64,000 nucleotides of DNA from Ginglymostoma cirratum (GCA_024137785.1 JAHRHZ010000084.1:7344093-7408092); one strand, 5' to 3'; shown: positions 13,770-28,639, counted from the first letter of the stretch. Program-made: numbers and translations. Notes: a model not told the origin generated them from the sequence alone.

Positions 13770-15595
13770 TCCGTGCAAAAGACGAGGCTGATGCATTTGT
13801 GTCCATTTTCAACTAGAAGAATACAAAATACATTGCTAACGTACCCAGCATCGCAAATGCCAATCTTCAATGAACATTATTCCATTCATGTGATATCAAT
13901 AAACAAATGAAGTCACTGGTTACTGCGAAGGGCATGGACACTGACAACAATGAGCCAGCTGAAGACTTCCAATCCAGACTAGATTTGTCACGGCCAACCT
14001 GTTCCATTGCAGCTTCACCACAAGCATCTGACTGGCAATGTGTTAAATTGCACACATATGTCCTCAAAAAGCAGGACACCTCCAGATATGCCAATTGCCA
14101 CTATATCAATCTACTCTGCACCAGTGGAAAGGTTATGGAAGGGGGCAGGGCTTTGAAAAGACACTTGCACGGCAGTAAACTGCTCACTGGGGCTCATTTT
14201 TGGGTTCTTCCAGAGGCATCAAGGTATAATCTCATTCAGATTTTGTTCCAAATATGGACAAAAATACCTGAACTCCGGAGGTGCGGTGAGAGTGAGTGCC
14301 TTGAACATCAAGTAAACATTTGACCGAACATGGTTTCACAGCATTCGCAGAACTGGAATCAATGGTGTTCAGAGGAGCAAGATTCCAAGAATTAGAATCA
14401 TTCCCAGCAGAAAAGATGATCGTTGTTGTTGTTGGAAATCAATCAGCTCAATCCAAGCCCAATACACTAGGATACTAAATAAAAAACGAAACAACTGCAG
14501 ACGCTATAAATTAGGAACAAAAATAGACGTGGCTGGAAAAGGTCGAGAGGGGTTACTGGAACCGAAACGTTAACTCTGACCATTTCTTCACAGATGCTCC
14601 CAGACCGGCTGAGCTTTTTAAGTCACTTCTGTTTTTGTTCCAATACAGTAGTATGTTCCTCAGGGTAGCCTCTTAGCCTAAATATCTTCAAATGATTCGA
14701 TTATTTTGTCACAAAATAGTCAGAATTTAATGTATTTGTTGGTGATGGCACAATATCCAACATAATTAACAAATCATGCGGTACTTGTTCATAGGCAGCA
14801 AGACCTGACAAGTACTGCATTGACTGGTGAATGGCAAATAACACTCGTGCCACAAGACTGCCAGTCAATGGGAATCTCAAACAATAGAGAATTAACCATT
14901 GCCCTTCAGCATTTATTGGCATTGCCATCATTGAAAGTTACACTTTCAAAATTCTAGGGTTTCTGTTGAACTGAAATTGAACTCGAACAATTAAATTAGC
15001 ACTGCAATTGATTGAACAGTTGAGGGCAAGGATTTCTGCAGTGAGTAATTTGCCTCCGAACATGCCAATGCCTTTCCACACAAGGCATCAATCAGCAGCG
15101 TCATGGAATACTCTCCATTCGTCTCGGTACGCGCAAATCTGAGAGCAACAAGAAGCTCAACGTCATCCAAAGAAAAGCAGCATATGTCACTGAAATTCAA
15201 TCCAACACACTCCACATTCAATTCATCCACACTTGACATACGGGGAAAACAATGGGTGCTATCTGAAAGTTGCACAGTCACAAATCTCCAAGGCACCTGC
15301 AATAGCAATGTCCAATCCCATGACATCTACCATCTGGAAGGAAAAGGGCAGCAGATGTTGGGGTCATCTGCAAGTTCCTCTTCAAGACACATACTGTCCT
15401 GCATTACATTTCTCATTTTACAGTCGTTTGCTCCTGAATCAAAATCCTGGAGCTTCCTCTGAAAAATAGTATGGAAGCATTTACTCACAAAGCACTGTGG
15501 CATTCAAAGGCCAGCTCAACACAATCAACAAGGATGATTTGGAATGCATAATAAAAAAAAATTAGCCAGTAATATCCATTTCCCATGAATAAAAC
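13770..15595 (+). mobile_element. Decayed non-LTR LINE (RT region to 3' end), partner of the SINE above
   Basis: KKQDTSRYANCHYINLLCTSGKVMEG resembles the KKxDxSxxxNYRPISLL RT motif; gttcctcagggtagc encodes VPQGS; the 3' end is shared with the SINE. Confidence 0.7.
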
Positions 15596-15924
15596 GATAG
15601 TAATTCTTTCTCAGCTTCTTGCTAAGAAGGATTTCAGCACATTCTTGCATTGTGCAAAGTAAATATCGAGTGAACCATGTCCTACACCAATAGAAGGCAC
15701 AAGCTAGTGAAACTTGTATGTGATTCATTATTTTTCAGGACCATAATTTTCGCAAGTCATTTCAACTCAATACCTGAAGTCCAGATCAAATTGCATTTTT
15801 CTTTCGTAACTATCATGTTCTCAAGATATATTTTGATTCTATTTCAAGAATATGTACATGCGACTGTATGACTGACTGATCGTGAAATAATGACTTAACT
15901 GTATTTCTGTCAACTTGTATACCT

Positions 15925-16252
15925 TTCCTTTTTATTCATTCGCTGGATCAGGGTATCACTGACGAGGCAACATTTATTACCCAGGCTGCAGTTCAGAGTC
16001 AACCCCATTGCTGTAGGTCTGGAGTCAGATAGACCAGACAAATATAAGGGTGGCAGTTTCCTTCCCTAAAGGATATTAGTGAACCAGACAGATTTTTCCT
16101 GACAATTGATAATGGGGTCATGGTCATCATAGGACTCTTTTTGTTGGATTCAAATTCCACCATATGCAATGGAGGGATTTGAATCCAGGTCACTGGAACA
16201 CTTTTTTGGATCTCTAGACGGGTGATAATACCATTAGCCCATTGCCTCCCCT
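15925..16252 (-). mobile_element. Same SINE family, minus strand
   Basis: Reverse-complement similarity to 8990-9347 (ggatttgaatcc, attagtgaaccaga). Confidence 0.72.
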
Positions 16253-16435
16253 TGCTGCTTACAATGTGACCTTTTCTGCACTTGGAAAACCAATCATGGA
16301 TACTTGATGATTCTGTTGAATTCCTCCACTCTGTCTGCAGTTTTGGTGTTTTCTACGCCAAAAGGTAAAAGTCAACATTGCAATTAATCTCCATTAACTA
16401 GTCTATAAAAAGCCCTACGTGGAAGGGAAGAAATG

Positions 16436-17161
16436 CCATCGAAGATGCCTGCAGAGTCGGGCGCTCCAAAAGGATCTCCTCTGCTCATTATTTTTCTTTC
16501 TCTTTCTTTTCTTCTCCCCTCCAATCACGTACCCTCAGCGGCAGTTGTCACCAGCAAGTCCCCAGAGCAGCAAAACCTGGAGTTTGAACCCAGGACCAAG
16601 CCGGAATACGAAGTGAAGTTACGTGTCCTGCGCAGCGTGGAGAATGAGCTACTGCGAGACGCGGAGCAATGCAGGACTCGTGAGCCTGGGAACACCGCGT
16701 GGTCTGTAAGCCCTGAAGCAGAGGCGGAAAACGAGCCGGTGCACGGCGAGGAATGGGCCGGTACAGCTTGGCGTGCTAGTCCTGTAATATCGCAATGGGG
16801 AATCCCAAGTCCCAGCGCGGGGTAAGGGAGGCGAATCCCAGTAAAGCGCCACTTACCTTGGTGCTGCTGAGTGCTGGTGACAAGCGGAATGGACGCTGGT
16901 GTGAGGCAGGACCGTCGTTGCACTGGAGCCTGGCGCCAGCTGCTACTGTCTGGTACTCTTACCGGACCCTAATGTAAATCCTTACCTTTCATTCCTCTTG
17001 CATAACGATATTTTTCTTGTACAGTAAAACATTTGCACCTTGATACTTGTTCCTAAGAGAGTGCCATTAAAAAGCAGCTATTGTAAAAACTTTTCACAGT
17101 ACTCCTGTATTTCTCTGCTGGAGTATATGTGACAATAAAATATATTCTATTCTATTCTATT
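16436..17161 (+). mobile_element. GC-rich non-autonomous retroelement-like insert with (ATTCT)n tail
   Basis: Sharp GC/CpG rise; it ends AATAAA..ttctattctattctat. Its 5' part (aagatg..ctcctctgctc plus pyrimidine tract) resembles 283-400. Confidence 0.55.
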
Positions 17162-18734
17162 GATAGAAAGCTTTAATAAACAACGATTCAGACTCACCTG
17201 TTCATTTCAGTGACAATGCGTTTCCCAAATGTCATGTCTGAAAGTAATCATACGCCACAACCTATAATGCTGTGGTTGCACAGACCTCTACCAATATCAG
17301 GTTCCAAAATAATTGCCCGGAGAAGACTTTGACCTTCTGTCAATGGCTGTTGACCATGGCCAACTTGTGTGATGACGGCACCAAAACACCTGACACCTTA
17401 CCCTGCTGTGTATGGCATCAACGATGCCACATCGTTTAGACTTAAAGGCGGGGTGTCTCACGACATTTCAGGATTAAGGATTAATTTAATTGAATTAGTG
17501 TAACCCTATTCAGGCTTGCACTTAGAGTTAGATTTGGCTGTCGATGTTTTTCAAATAAGGATTGGGTTGATAGAATCAATCGAAGTCTGTTTAACCTTGC
17601 AGGTAGCATTGAATTTCGGGCACCTAGTTGGGCTGCTGTTATGATAGCAGCTGACTGTAATACTGTACAATTCAGATCTCAGAGTGAAGGCTGGCTTGAT
17701 AGATCTTCAGTTTTATGTTTGAAGTTTTATAATTGAGATGGCCTCTGAACACAGGAGATGATCCTTTAACTATAAAACACGAGTTTACTACAGAAAAAAC
17801 AACCCAAATGTATGAAAGACAACAAAGAAAAATCTTTACATAATCAGCCACAGGAAAGTATCAACCCTGGTCCCAAAAATATCCTTTACAGTCACCCATT
17901 GCTAGCAAAGTATCACTCCAATCATAACATGTATGTTTCTTACTTCACTGATGATGTCCAATGCATTTCTTTTTGGTGACTTTCACCAGATGTGTTTCTA
18001 CTCATTAGAGTCACCACAAGACATGCACAGACACTGGCTGCTTCATTCATGCTTTCTAATTGAACATTAAGAAAAGCCCTGTCTACTTCAAATACAAAAC
18101 ACTTTAACACTTATTTGCAGCTCTGATAGCTTGAACTGATACAAACTAAACTAAATTACTGTTTTGCTGCTAGGAGAACTGCTCTTCTTTGGAACTCAAG
18201 CTTCTAATAGACAATTGGTTTCTATGTTATAAACTTCAACATATTAAAGCCAAATGCTTATTATGATTCAAAACAATAATAATCAGAATGGTTGGATATC
18301 TATACTTCAAAATGTTTCATAGCCAAAACCAGGTTCAGTCTCTTTCCCACCGTTCAGCATTTCTATTGACGCATCTTTAAAATGACGAGAAAGTAAAATG
18401 GAATCCACAGTGATGTCGCTGGCATGAACAGCCAGTTTGAACGGCTTAATACCATTGGGAGCCGCTAAAATTGGTAGAATAATCAATACAGCTTTTGGGT
18501 TGTGAAATGTACTCAGGCAGTGTTGTCCACTAAAATGCATTCATTTGCTTCCAGAAACATGGCAGATTTGGCACTAAGTCTTGAAGTTCAGAAGAATCTT
18601 CTCACGAAATCCATTCATTTATTCACCATTCGTCTTGGTATTCTTCGCTTTTCTACGGATGTCTTTCATCATTCTAAATAATTATCTTTTCTAACTATTG
18701 TTCCTGCCTTATGTTATTATCCTTACCTCACAAC

Positions 18735-20640
18735 AATTGCCCTGGATACCAAGGACTCTTAGCTTCTCAACTAGTCTGCCATGTGAGAGCTTGTCAAACA
18801 CCATGCTGAAGTGCATATAGAGGATATCATCTATATTACCCTCATTTACACACCTAGTCACGTCCTCGAAAAATTCAATCAAATTTATTAAACATGGCCT
18901 CCTCAAATTAAACACTGGTGGCTTTCCTTAATTAATCCTTGCCTTTATAATTGAAGATTAATTCTGTCATTCAGAATGTTATTCCAAACTTCCCGGAACA
19001 CATGTAGCTGGCCTATAGCTTCCTGATTTATCCTATCACCCATCTTGAATAAACCCGCTCTCCAGTCCACTAACATAATCATTCTGTTAGAGCGGATTGA
19101 ATACTAATGTCAGAGCCCCTGAAATCTCCTCAGTTGCCTCCCGCAGCAGCTTTACATACATTTGGGCCTGGGGTTACTCTGCTTTCAAGCCTGCTAAAAT
19201 TACAATCGTCCTTCCCTCAGTTCAGAATCTTTATTACCAGTCTGTCACTGTCCTTATCCATATTTCATTTAAATCTTTCTGAATTGTGGTCACTCCCAAT
19301 GAAATGCTGCCCCACTGCCAGATCTACCATGGCCAGATCTACCCAATATTGTTCCTGAAAATTAAATTAAACAAGCCAGCAGTAGCCACTGCCCAACTCC
19401 CCAGTTCCCCACCCATCCCAACTCACTCCGTGTTGGATTAAAAAGCTCTTATGAACACATTTGAAGAATTCCACCTACTCTAAGTCTTTCAGCTTTTATC
19501 TACCCCAGCTAACATTGGGGAAGTTCAAATCCCCTACTTTCATTTCCCGAATATTTTTACAATTCTCTCAGATTTGTTGACATATCTCTCTTTCTACCTT
19601 TCCCTGACTGACTGGGATCTACAGTACAACCGTGCGCAGAGATACCCATTTTTTTGTCTTTAAGTACTACCTAAATGGACACATTTGTCTTTACGTATGA
19701 CCCATATGGAGACACTTTAGGAATGTTTCAAGGCATCACCCTCCTTACTGCAGTAACTGACTCTGATTAATGTTGTAATATCACCACTTCTTTTACAGCC
19801 CCTTCCTGTACTTGGCTTAAGGATTCTATACCCTGGAATATTGAGTTGCCAGTCCCTTTCTTCCCTCAAAACTGTGCCCATAATAACAATGATATCATAT
19901 CCTCATGCTTTAATCAAAACCTTCAATTCATCTGGCTTACTCACAAGTCGTTGCATTAAAATAAATGCCATCCAGCCTTTTCACGCTTCCATGTGCATTT
20001 ACTTTATTGTGTTTGCATTGCCCTCTATACTGTCTTGATTATTCGTCTACACTTGTCTGGGCAACCCCCAAATGTACTTTCACTCCATATCTTGACACCC
20101 TACCACATTAGCGCAAACAACCATCAACCACACTAGTAAGCTTCTCTAAAAGTATATTGGTCGTGTTGTTGTTTATGTGACATTCCTGACCCTGGCCCCA
20201 GGGAGGCAACACATCATGTTAGAATTAAGTCCATGGTTGTAGAATTGCATGTCTGTAGCTCGAACTATTGAATCTCCTATTACCATTGCGTTCTCTTTCT
20301 CCCTTCTTGTGCAACTGGGCACTGGTTGCATTCTCACCGTTTTCCAATGCAGAAAATGCACTCTTGAGTGAGGAGCGCTCTGGTACTTTCCTGGTCTGCC
20401 ACCCTTCTTTTGACTGATGATCACCCATTGCCTCCCTGATTGCATGTTTATAAGCTGTGAGGTGATCATGTCCAGAAGTGCTACCAACATAACTCTCAGA
20501 CTCAGAGATGGGTTGTTTTGTGTGCATAAAATGGCGTTCAAGCTCATCAAGCCAGTGGCACTTTGTGTAGAATGCCAGGAGCGTTCATGATTTCGCTCAC
20601 ATTGCAGATGTTGCAACATACCGAATTGATTTCCCCTGCT
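18735..20640 (-). mobile_element. Decayed CR1 (ORF1 esterase-like remnant, endonuclease and RT remnants)
   Basis: AMVIGDSIVRATD..MMCCLPGARVRNV in ORF 20173-20736, and RPCLINLIEFFEDVT..FDKLSHGRL in ORF 18709-18915. Confidence 0.8.
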
Positions 20641-22998
20641 GAATTGGGAATTATCTTTTATCCACCATAACCCAGAAAACAAAATGGAAGCACTTGGTAG
20701 CTTCATGCCTATGCAAGTCAAACAAAACCTTTCCATACAAAAGGTGGATCTCGAACCACTGCTGCAAACTTTGATTATAATACTGTTTCTACGTGGGCAT
20801 TAAATTATTTGAATGTGCTGATTAGCTGTAACACATGTCATTCCACTCATCTAATCATGATCCAATTCCATCTGTGACGTTTGCACCGGAAAAAAGCACC
20901 AGGGCACATGCATAGCAAGGAGAGGAGGTATACGGATGCCGAACGACTATGTCTTTAAGCTTGTTTTAATGGGACGCTTAATGTTTACATTTTGGAAAAT
21001 CCTATCCGTTGATTGCTCCAGTAGAATGGTTTCATACCTTGGTGTGTCTCTTGGCCTTCTTCTCATGAGAAAGGGGCCATTCGCTGTGGGCCTAGCATTG
21101 TTCACATCAAAAAGTTATCGTTTCACTGTCCTGTAGAAGTGTCTACAACTCTGGTTCATGGCCATTTATTTTAGCTCTTTCTCCTCTGCTTGTGCCATGT
21201 TTGTTCAGCTAACCAGTCTGTTCTTGCGCAATCTTAACATGCTAGATTACTTCAACTTTTTTTCGGAAGCTAATTTACTTGCTTCAAATAACATGATCCT
21301 GAAGATTTTTTTTTTTTGCAGCTGATTTTCTCCCTACTGGCCTGCTATACCTTGTCTCAATCTTAAGCCTACCTCCCTTATTATACCATAGCCTTTTCCT
21401 CTTGGACTTACAACCCTACAATGGTCTTAATACTACTACTTAATTCCATTGCTTGTAACTTTCCCTTACTTCCAGTGCTTAATGGCATAATTTACAGACA
21501 GGCCCTAACAACAAATAAATTTACCTAATTTCTGTGGTATCACTCTTGTTATTTATCATTCATTCTAGTCTCTCACCTCCATTGTTTGGCATTGTTCTAT
21601 TAGCTTCCTGAAACTGTTGCCTTTTCAATCCCAACAATTTCTACTTCTCCACTTTCCTTGTGCATTTCCATCTGATCAACTCCCCACAATTAACTGTAGA
21701 TATGTGATATCATAGGTGCCTGACAGAACTGCTGCTTCTCAGATATTTCATACTTGATACTGTTTTAAATCAGTCTTAAGAGCTGAAATCCTTGCACAAT
21801 AGTAATTTCCCTCATGCTCGCAGGGTTTTCCTCCAACTTTAGTGATCAATACCACTCGCCCGGCAAATTCTTCATATACCTGGTTAGTTTTCTTTGTTAT
21901 CACAATAAAGTCTGCTTTGATACCTTTAAGGTCAAGTTGAAAGCATTTGCTATTGCTTTCCATGCTGAAGTTTGATAATCTGCAGATGGTTATTTTTGCA
22001 AACGGCTATGTATGTTCATGGTTGTCCATGTCGGAATATCCTATAAAATTCCAATCCAAACATTATTCAACGACTATATTTACCGGGATATCTTCACAAA
22101 TCAGGTTACATATACTTTCAGTCAATTAATAATAATTAACGTTTCAAACACAAAATAATTTCAGTTCTGATGAGGAGTCACTGGACCAGAAACTTTAGCC
22201 AACTTTTTCTTCACAGGCGCTGCCACACCTGCTGAGCTTCTTCCAACTGTTTCTGTTTTTGTTTCTGTTTCCCACCTTCCGCAGTTCTTTGAGTTTTTTT
22301 ACGACAAAATAATTTCATTTCCCTTCATATTTTGACGTAAGCATCTCGGGATTGACATCGACTTCGCCAATTCTGCTGTGACGAACAGTGAGGTTTTACC
22401 TCGAAGCTCTCAATGTGTCTCGATTGGGTAAGGACAATGCGAAAGCTGGGGATTGGATTTCTATTAAACAGCGCGCCTTCAAGGTAAGTTAAATGTTAAA
22501 ATTGTTTTCCAGCGCTTTTCACTCCGCAGCAGAGAGCTAACAATTGTTACTCTTCAGGCTCCAAAGTCAACGTCATTTATTGGTTTATTTAAAATATTTT
22601 TAAACATGTTTACCTATCAGCTTGAAAGTGGTGACATTTCCATCGGCAGACGAATACAATCTTGCAAGGAAATAGCGATCTCCTCTGGTCAGTCTGCTTT
22701 AGCATTGAGCGAAGACGTTTCAAGAATTTCCAAGTTTGGGGGAAGTAAAGAGATCACCATATTTCACTAGAAATAACAATCAAAGGAAATTTTCGAATTT
22801 GCCTTGATGTGGGGATAACTTTTTCTTACAGAAAAACATATCCATATCACGTCTTTCACACTCACTGGACTTCCCAAAGTGGTTACAGCCAACTTTTTAA
22901 GTGCAGTGATAGTTGTGATTTAGGAGACACCACAGCCAATTCGCACACTGAAATCTTCCCAAATTAACAATGTGATAATAACCAGGTAAACGTTTGCT

Positions 22999-23078
22999 CG
23001 TGTGTGTATGTGTGTGTGTGTGTAAGTGCGTGTGAAAGAGAGAGAGACCGTGGGAGAGGTAGGGTGACAGAGAGAGAG
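22999..23078. repeat. Compound (TG)n/(AG)n microsatellite
   Basis: Directly visible dinucleotide runs. Confidence 0.85.
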
Positions 23079-24710
23079 GCAGATGCTGACTAAATGGTAA
23101 AGATTGAAGATATTCGGCTTAAATCATTCGTTCTACATCAAAGAGGTGATCATAGATACTTCACGTTCACGCACGAGGGTGGATGAGAACTTGGGTTAAC
23201 GTCGCGAGCGCAAAACAGTGCTTCCGATAGCGTGACTTGCTCGGTCCTGCGCAGGAATGTCAACCTCGATATCTGCTGCTCCAGTCTTGGAGTGGGGCTC
23301 TTGCCAAACTACTCCTAAGATAGAACTGAGGGTGCTACCATCTAATGAACAGCTGGCTTTCAAATCTATTTACAACAATAAACAGCTGCGGATGACCTGA
23401 TCAAGGTAATTGCTACGATGATAGGATCTGACTGGGTTGCTCATTCAGAGAAAAATGTTTCTATTTCTGATCGAATGGTAAACTATATGACGGAAAAGTA
23501 AATAGACATCGTGAAATCTAAAATAGAGTTTATGCGTATGAAATAACAATAAATTAAAGGATATGCAAATTGGATTACTCAAGGCTGGTAGGGAGGAGCA
23601 AAAATGGCAGAATGTATCAGATGGTCTGAATTCACGGTGCCTGTGCTATCATCGGATGTGATTGTGAGTCATGAAAACAAAACATGGCCAGGTCACGCAA
23701 TTGGCTGACTAACATCTGTCAAGAAAAGATAAATTAACGTTCAGTCATAGCCCTTCATCACACCGGGATTTTTTTATTTTTAAAAAGTGATCTCAAACTT
23801 CAACTCACATTTTGTTTTGAACACAAACATGTACCAGTTTTGTCCTGAAGGATTAAACAAAATTACACCCTGTCAAAGAAATACCGATAAAGAGAGTGAT
23901 GAAAGACCGATCCTTGATTTGGATTTAAAGAATAATTCTGATTGAAAAGGAAGAAGGGAGTAGCAGAAACGTTTAGGGAGAGAGTTTTCGAGCAGGGAAG
24001 CTAGGAAATGACGGCAAATCACCGGTAGGATACAACATTCCACAGATAGGAAAATGGACTGTAGTGTTACTTGACAGTAGGAAATGAGATCGGAAATGAC
24101 AACGCCAAAAGGAAACTTTATTGAGTACCAGAATTTTAAATTTGTGCCAATAGAGCAAAGGAAAAAATCATAGGTCAACGAGGACTGCGGAGATGTGTGA
24201 GGACGACTTAGTGCAGGATCGCCTATGGACAGGAAAAAATTGGAAGCAATGCATTTCCTTCAATTGGAAGTTGGTGGCACAAGGACTGCATTTCATGAAA
24301 ATAATTAAAATGTAGCTTGTGAGGTTGTATAACTTTGGCAACGATCTGTTTTACATTATTTTTCTCTTAGATGATTGATTCTATTAATTTCTATTCACTA
24401 ATGTTTGAACTTGAAGGATTGAACTAGAATGACTACAGGTAATGATGCAGACATAGAAGGTAACAATGTCTCCAAAGAAGATAATTCAGGGTATCCCCAC
24501 AGAAGAAGTAATTTGTGAATTTAATGGAGACATTCTGCTGAGATAGAAACCAGAATTACTCGACTGTTGCAGTAGGACCTACCATTAAATAAATGGAACA
24601 GAAATGGGAAGGGATCACATTTTATGAGCGAGGAAATACAACGGCCTCCACGTTCCCATTTCACCTCTCACCATTGCTCCATTTGTGTGATTACTTTGTA
24701 TGAATAATTT

Positions 24711-26428
24711 GTATGAATGTAATGAATACTTTTCTTCGGCATTCACAACTGAGAGGAACCTTGTTGTAGAGGAGGACACTGTGAAACAGACTGGTAACAT
24801 GGTCAATGGCTAGAGGAGGTCGTTGTTAGTAAAGAAGATATACTAGGGATTTTGAGGAAGTTGAAGATAGAAAAGTCCTCCAGGCCTGATGGGATTTATC
24901 CAAGGATTCTATGGGAAACGAGGGAAGAGATCGCAGGGCCTTTGGCAATGATCTTTTCATCCTCGCTGTCCACGGGTAAAGAGCCGGAAGATTGGAGAGC
25001 AAATGTCATTCCCTTGTTCAAAAAAGGGAATAAGGATAACCCAGGAAGTTACGGGCCAGTTAGTCTTCCGTCAGTGGTGGGCAAATTATTGGAAAGGGCT
25101 CTTAGAGATAGGATTTATGGTCACTTGAAAAAGCACAGTTTTATTCGTGATAGTCAGCATGGATTTGTGAGGGGTAGATCATGCCTCACAAACCATATTG
25201 AATTCTTTGAAGAGGTGACCAAACACTTGCATGAAGGAAGAGCAGTGGATGTGGTATACATGGATTTAAGTAAGGCGTTTGATAAGGTTCCTCATGGTAG
25301 GTTCATGCAGAAGGTAAGGAGGCATGGGATAGGGGGCAATGTGGCAGATTGGATTCAGAATTGGCTGACCCTTAGTAGACAACGGGTGGTAGCAGACGGA
25401 AAATGTTCAACATGGTGGTCAGTTACGAGTGGTGTACCACAAGGATCTGTTCTGGTCCTTTTCTATTTGTGATTTTTGTAAATGATTTGGATGAAGGAGT
25501 GGAAGGGTGGATGAGTAGGTTCGCGGATGATACGAAGGTGGGTCGCGTTGTGGACAGTATGGAGGGCTGTTCTAGGTTACAAAGGGACATTGATAGGATG
25601 CAGAGCTGGGCTGAGAAGTGGCAGATGGAGTTTAACCCTGAAAAGTGTGAGGTGATTCATTTTGGAAGGCACAACTTGAAAGCAGAATACAGGGTTAACA
25701 GAAAGATCCTTGGCAGTGTGGAGGAGCAGAGGGATCTTGGGGTTCAGTCCCCTGAAAGCTGCCACCCAGGTGGATAGAGTTGTTAAGAAGGTGTGTTAGC
25801 TTTCATTAATAGAGGGATTGAGTTGAAGAGCCGCGAAGTTATGCTCCAGCTATACAAAAGCCTTGTTCGGCCACATCTGGAGTATTGTGTCCAGTCTGGT
25901 CGCCTCATTACAGGAAAGATGTGGAAGCGTTGGAAAAGGTGCAGAGGAGATTTACCAGGATGTTGCCTGGAATAGACGGAAGATCTTATGAGGAAAGGTT
26001 GAGAGAGCTAGGGCTTTTCTCTTTAGAACGACGAAGGTTGAGAGGTGACTTGATAGAGGTTTACAAAATGATCAGAGGTATAGATAGAGTAGACAGCCAG
26101 AGACTTTTCCCTCGGGTAGAGGTAGCTATTATAAGGGGGCATGGTTTTAAAGTGAGTGGAGGTAGATATAGGGGAGATGTCAGAGGTAGTTCTTTACTCA
26201 GAAAGAGGTCGGGGAGTGGAATGCATTGCCGGAGAGGGTGGTGGAGTCGGCCACATTAGGGGCATTTAAGTGGATATTGGATAGGCATATGGATGATAGC
26301 ATAAGGTATGGGTGGAGGGTAGATAGACCTGAGGATTAGGATAAAAGTTCGGCACAACATCGTGGGCCGAAGGGCCTTTACGGTGCTGTACTGTTCTATG
26401 TTCTATGTCCTATGTTCTATGTTCTATG
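24711..26428 (+). mobile_element. CR1 LINE, 5'-truncated, frameshifted RT with 3' (GTTCTAT)n tail
   Basis: ORFs 24852-26259 contain QHGFVRGRSCLTN, YMDLSKAFDKVPH, SGVPQGSVL, FADDTKVG and LERRRLRGDLIEVYK. The copy ends in a tandem heptamer tail. Confidence 0.95.
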
Positions 26429-28639
26429 TATGTACATGTGTGTGAATGTGGGCATAGCATAAAATCAAGACAGTTGAGAAGTGGAGCGTCTGTAGCAGAG
26501 GAAGGTGAACGAACTTAATCCAGGGCTGCAAATTCTCTATCTCTTTGCAGCAAAGTGATCTCATTGCGGAGAACCGAGTGGATCCTGTATTAAGTTTCTC
26601 AGTCTTATGAGGTCATATTTTCAATTCCAAGAGACTGCCCACAATCACGATGTGAGTGTCTATGGATCTGTATGCTATATCTATTGGTGTATGTATGCAT
26701 ATGACTCTGCATGTGCCTGTGATTTATTCAACATAACAGTGACCTTACCTCTTTGGCTTTAAAGTGTTTTGACACCTGCTGACTACCATGGTTAAAAATA
26801 CAAGTCACAATTTGTAACTGCGTGCTTTGTGCGTCTTTATTTTTATGTGATGTTGTTTTTAGTCCGTGCTGAAGTCGATGTCTATATGACTCATGCCACC
26901 ACCAACTCAGTCATCGTTTCATATTCATTGAGCCACATTATCTTCTGATTCTGCAACGTCTTTCGTTTGCAATCCTCTTCAAAATTTTAAATATTAATAT
27001 TTAATATTTTAAATGCCTCCAGTACAGGACATTGTCTTTGTTCCAATTCTGACCACTTGTCCAAGTCCAGTTTTCTCCATTCCGCTTTTTGCAATTATGT
27101 GTTGAAATACACGGGTTCATATGTCTGGATGCTCATCAAGAACCAAGTCTGTTTTATCTCCTCTTTTAAAACCTGCCTCTTTGAACAAGACGTTTCATCA
27201 ATAAATTACTTTGGTCCTGCCATAATGTTCCTTGCCAATTGCTTTCATCGTTTACTACTTTGTAGGCGCTATATAAAAGTAACTTTCCGAATCCGTGTGC
27301 ACCATGATTTTGCTTATGCGTGGGAGTGCCTTCGTTACAATTTGTTCCCTTCATAAATGTAATTTTTATTGGTAACACATTCTACGTTGAAGGAGAGTTC
27401 TGACCACGCAGGCAGGATTTTCCATTCATGTTCGAATGAGTTATTATCGCTGCTCAAGTTTAAACAATTGCAACACATTTCTTTTTAAAGAAAGGTTCAG
27501 TACAGTTGAAGAGAATGGAAACACTTGTGGTTAGATGTTGAGCTCGTTTCAGGGCGTGCAAATTTAGCAATAGTTGCGTTTTAGCCTTCGAATTGAAAGG
27601 AGCGTAATTTTTAAAAATACATTTCAAGCTTGGCAACTTCCAAACAGGCTTCTCCGAACACATTCTGCAAGTTTTATGTTTAGCAACGTCCCAGTGCGCT
27701 AACCCTGAAAAATAAACGAAGTCCGAAGCAATCGTGTTGACGTCACATATATTTGAACGCTATCTGTAACTAACTTTAGACACGCGAAGTTCTTTGTCGA
27801 AGATCGTCCAATTGAGGGGAACATGAGAGAGGCGGTAATCTCTACAAATTACAGAACGACATTATTCTCTGCATCGATCTCTCCATTATTTTCAGCTGTG
27901 TCATCCAGCAAGTTCTGGTTATGCATAATGTTATCCAACACATTAATTTATGTATTTGAACTGAGAGATGTCCTCATTGAAATAACAATGGAGAATTAAG
28001 TGAATTGAAACAAAATATGTATTTGTGTTGAGAAAGCAGAGATACCGTTTCGAGTACAGTGACCCTTCAGAACAAAAATGTATTTATATGGGTCATTTCA
28101 TGATCTCTCGAGATTCCAACAAGTTTAACAACAAATGAAGCACTTTAGTTGTGTTGCCAATCTTCTCTTGTCGTCTTGCCAATCGCTTCAAAGCCCCACA
28201 ACATCGGCATCACAATTAGCGGTACAAAAAAAAGCACAAAGATCTGCGGATGCTGGAAATCAGTAATAAAAGTAAAAATTGCTCTAAAAAGCAGCGGTTC
28301 TGGCAGCATCTGTGGAGAGAAGGCACAGTTGACGTTCTGAACAAGGGTCACTGAACCCAAAATGTCAACTCCACTTTCTCTCCACAGCTGTAGCCAGACG
28401 TGCTGAGATTTTCTAGCAATTTCAAATTCTGATTTGTAATTTGTAATTTGGTTTGCGTGAAGTCAGTTGAGGGACGAACTCAGTAGTTAAAACTGTCAGA
28501 GTCCCTTTGTATCATGACTGGCTTCCACAGGCCTGTGAACGGTGCATGGTGATGTCAGATCAATATGATCTCAAGAACCAGAAGGAGAAATCCCAGCCGC
28601 GATTCTAGGTTCTGGAAGATTCTTGGTTCTCGATTTACA

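Noticed and set aside
16419-16977. Overlapping GC-rich ORFs as a gene or CpG-island promoter
   Set aside because: No recognisable domain. They lie in an insert with a retroelement-like tail and a related copy at 283-660.
17198-17237. Possible 40-nt minus-strand exon (ttactttcag|...aacag|gtgagt)
   Set aside because: The splice-like sites are good, but there are no partner exons or recognisable peptide; it could be chance.
21748-21963. Minus-strand ORF with Ig-like EEFAGRV...EGNYYCAR
   Set aside because: There is no B-strand Cys/C-strand Trp pattern and the spacing is too short. ITKVGGK resembles the CR1 RT DDTKVGG motif, so it is probably a LINE remnant or chance.
26981-27013. AT-only near-palindrome
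   Set aside because: Low-complexity sequence with no supporting context.
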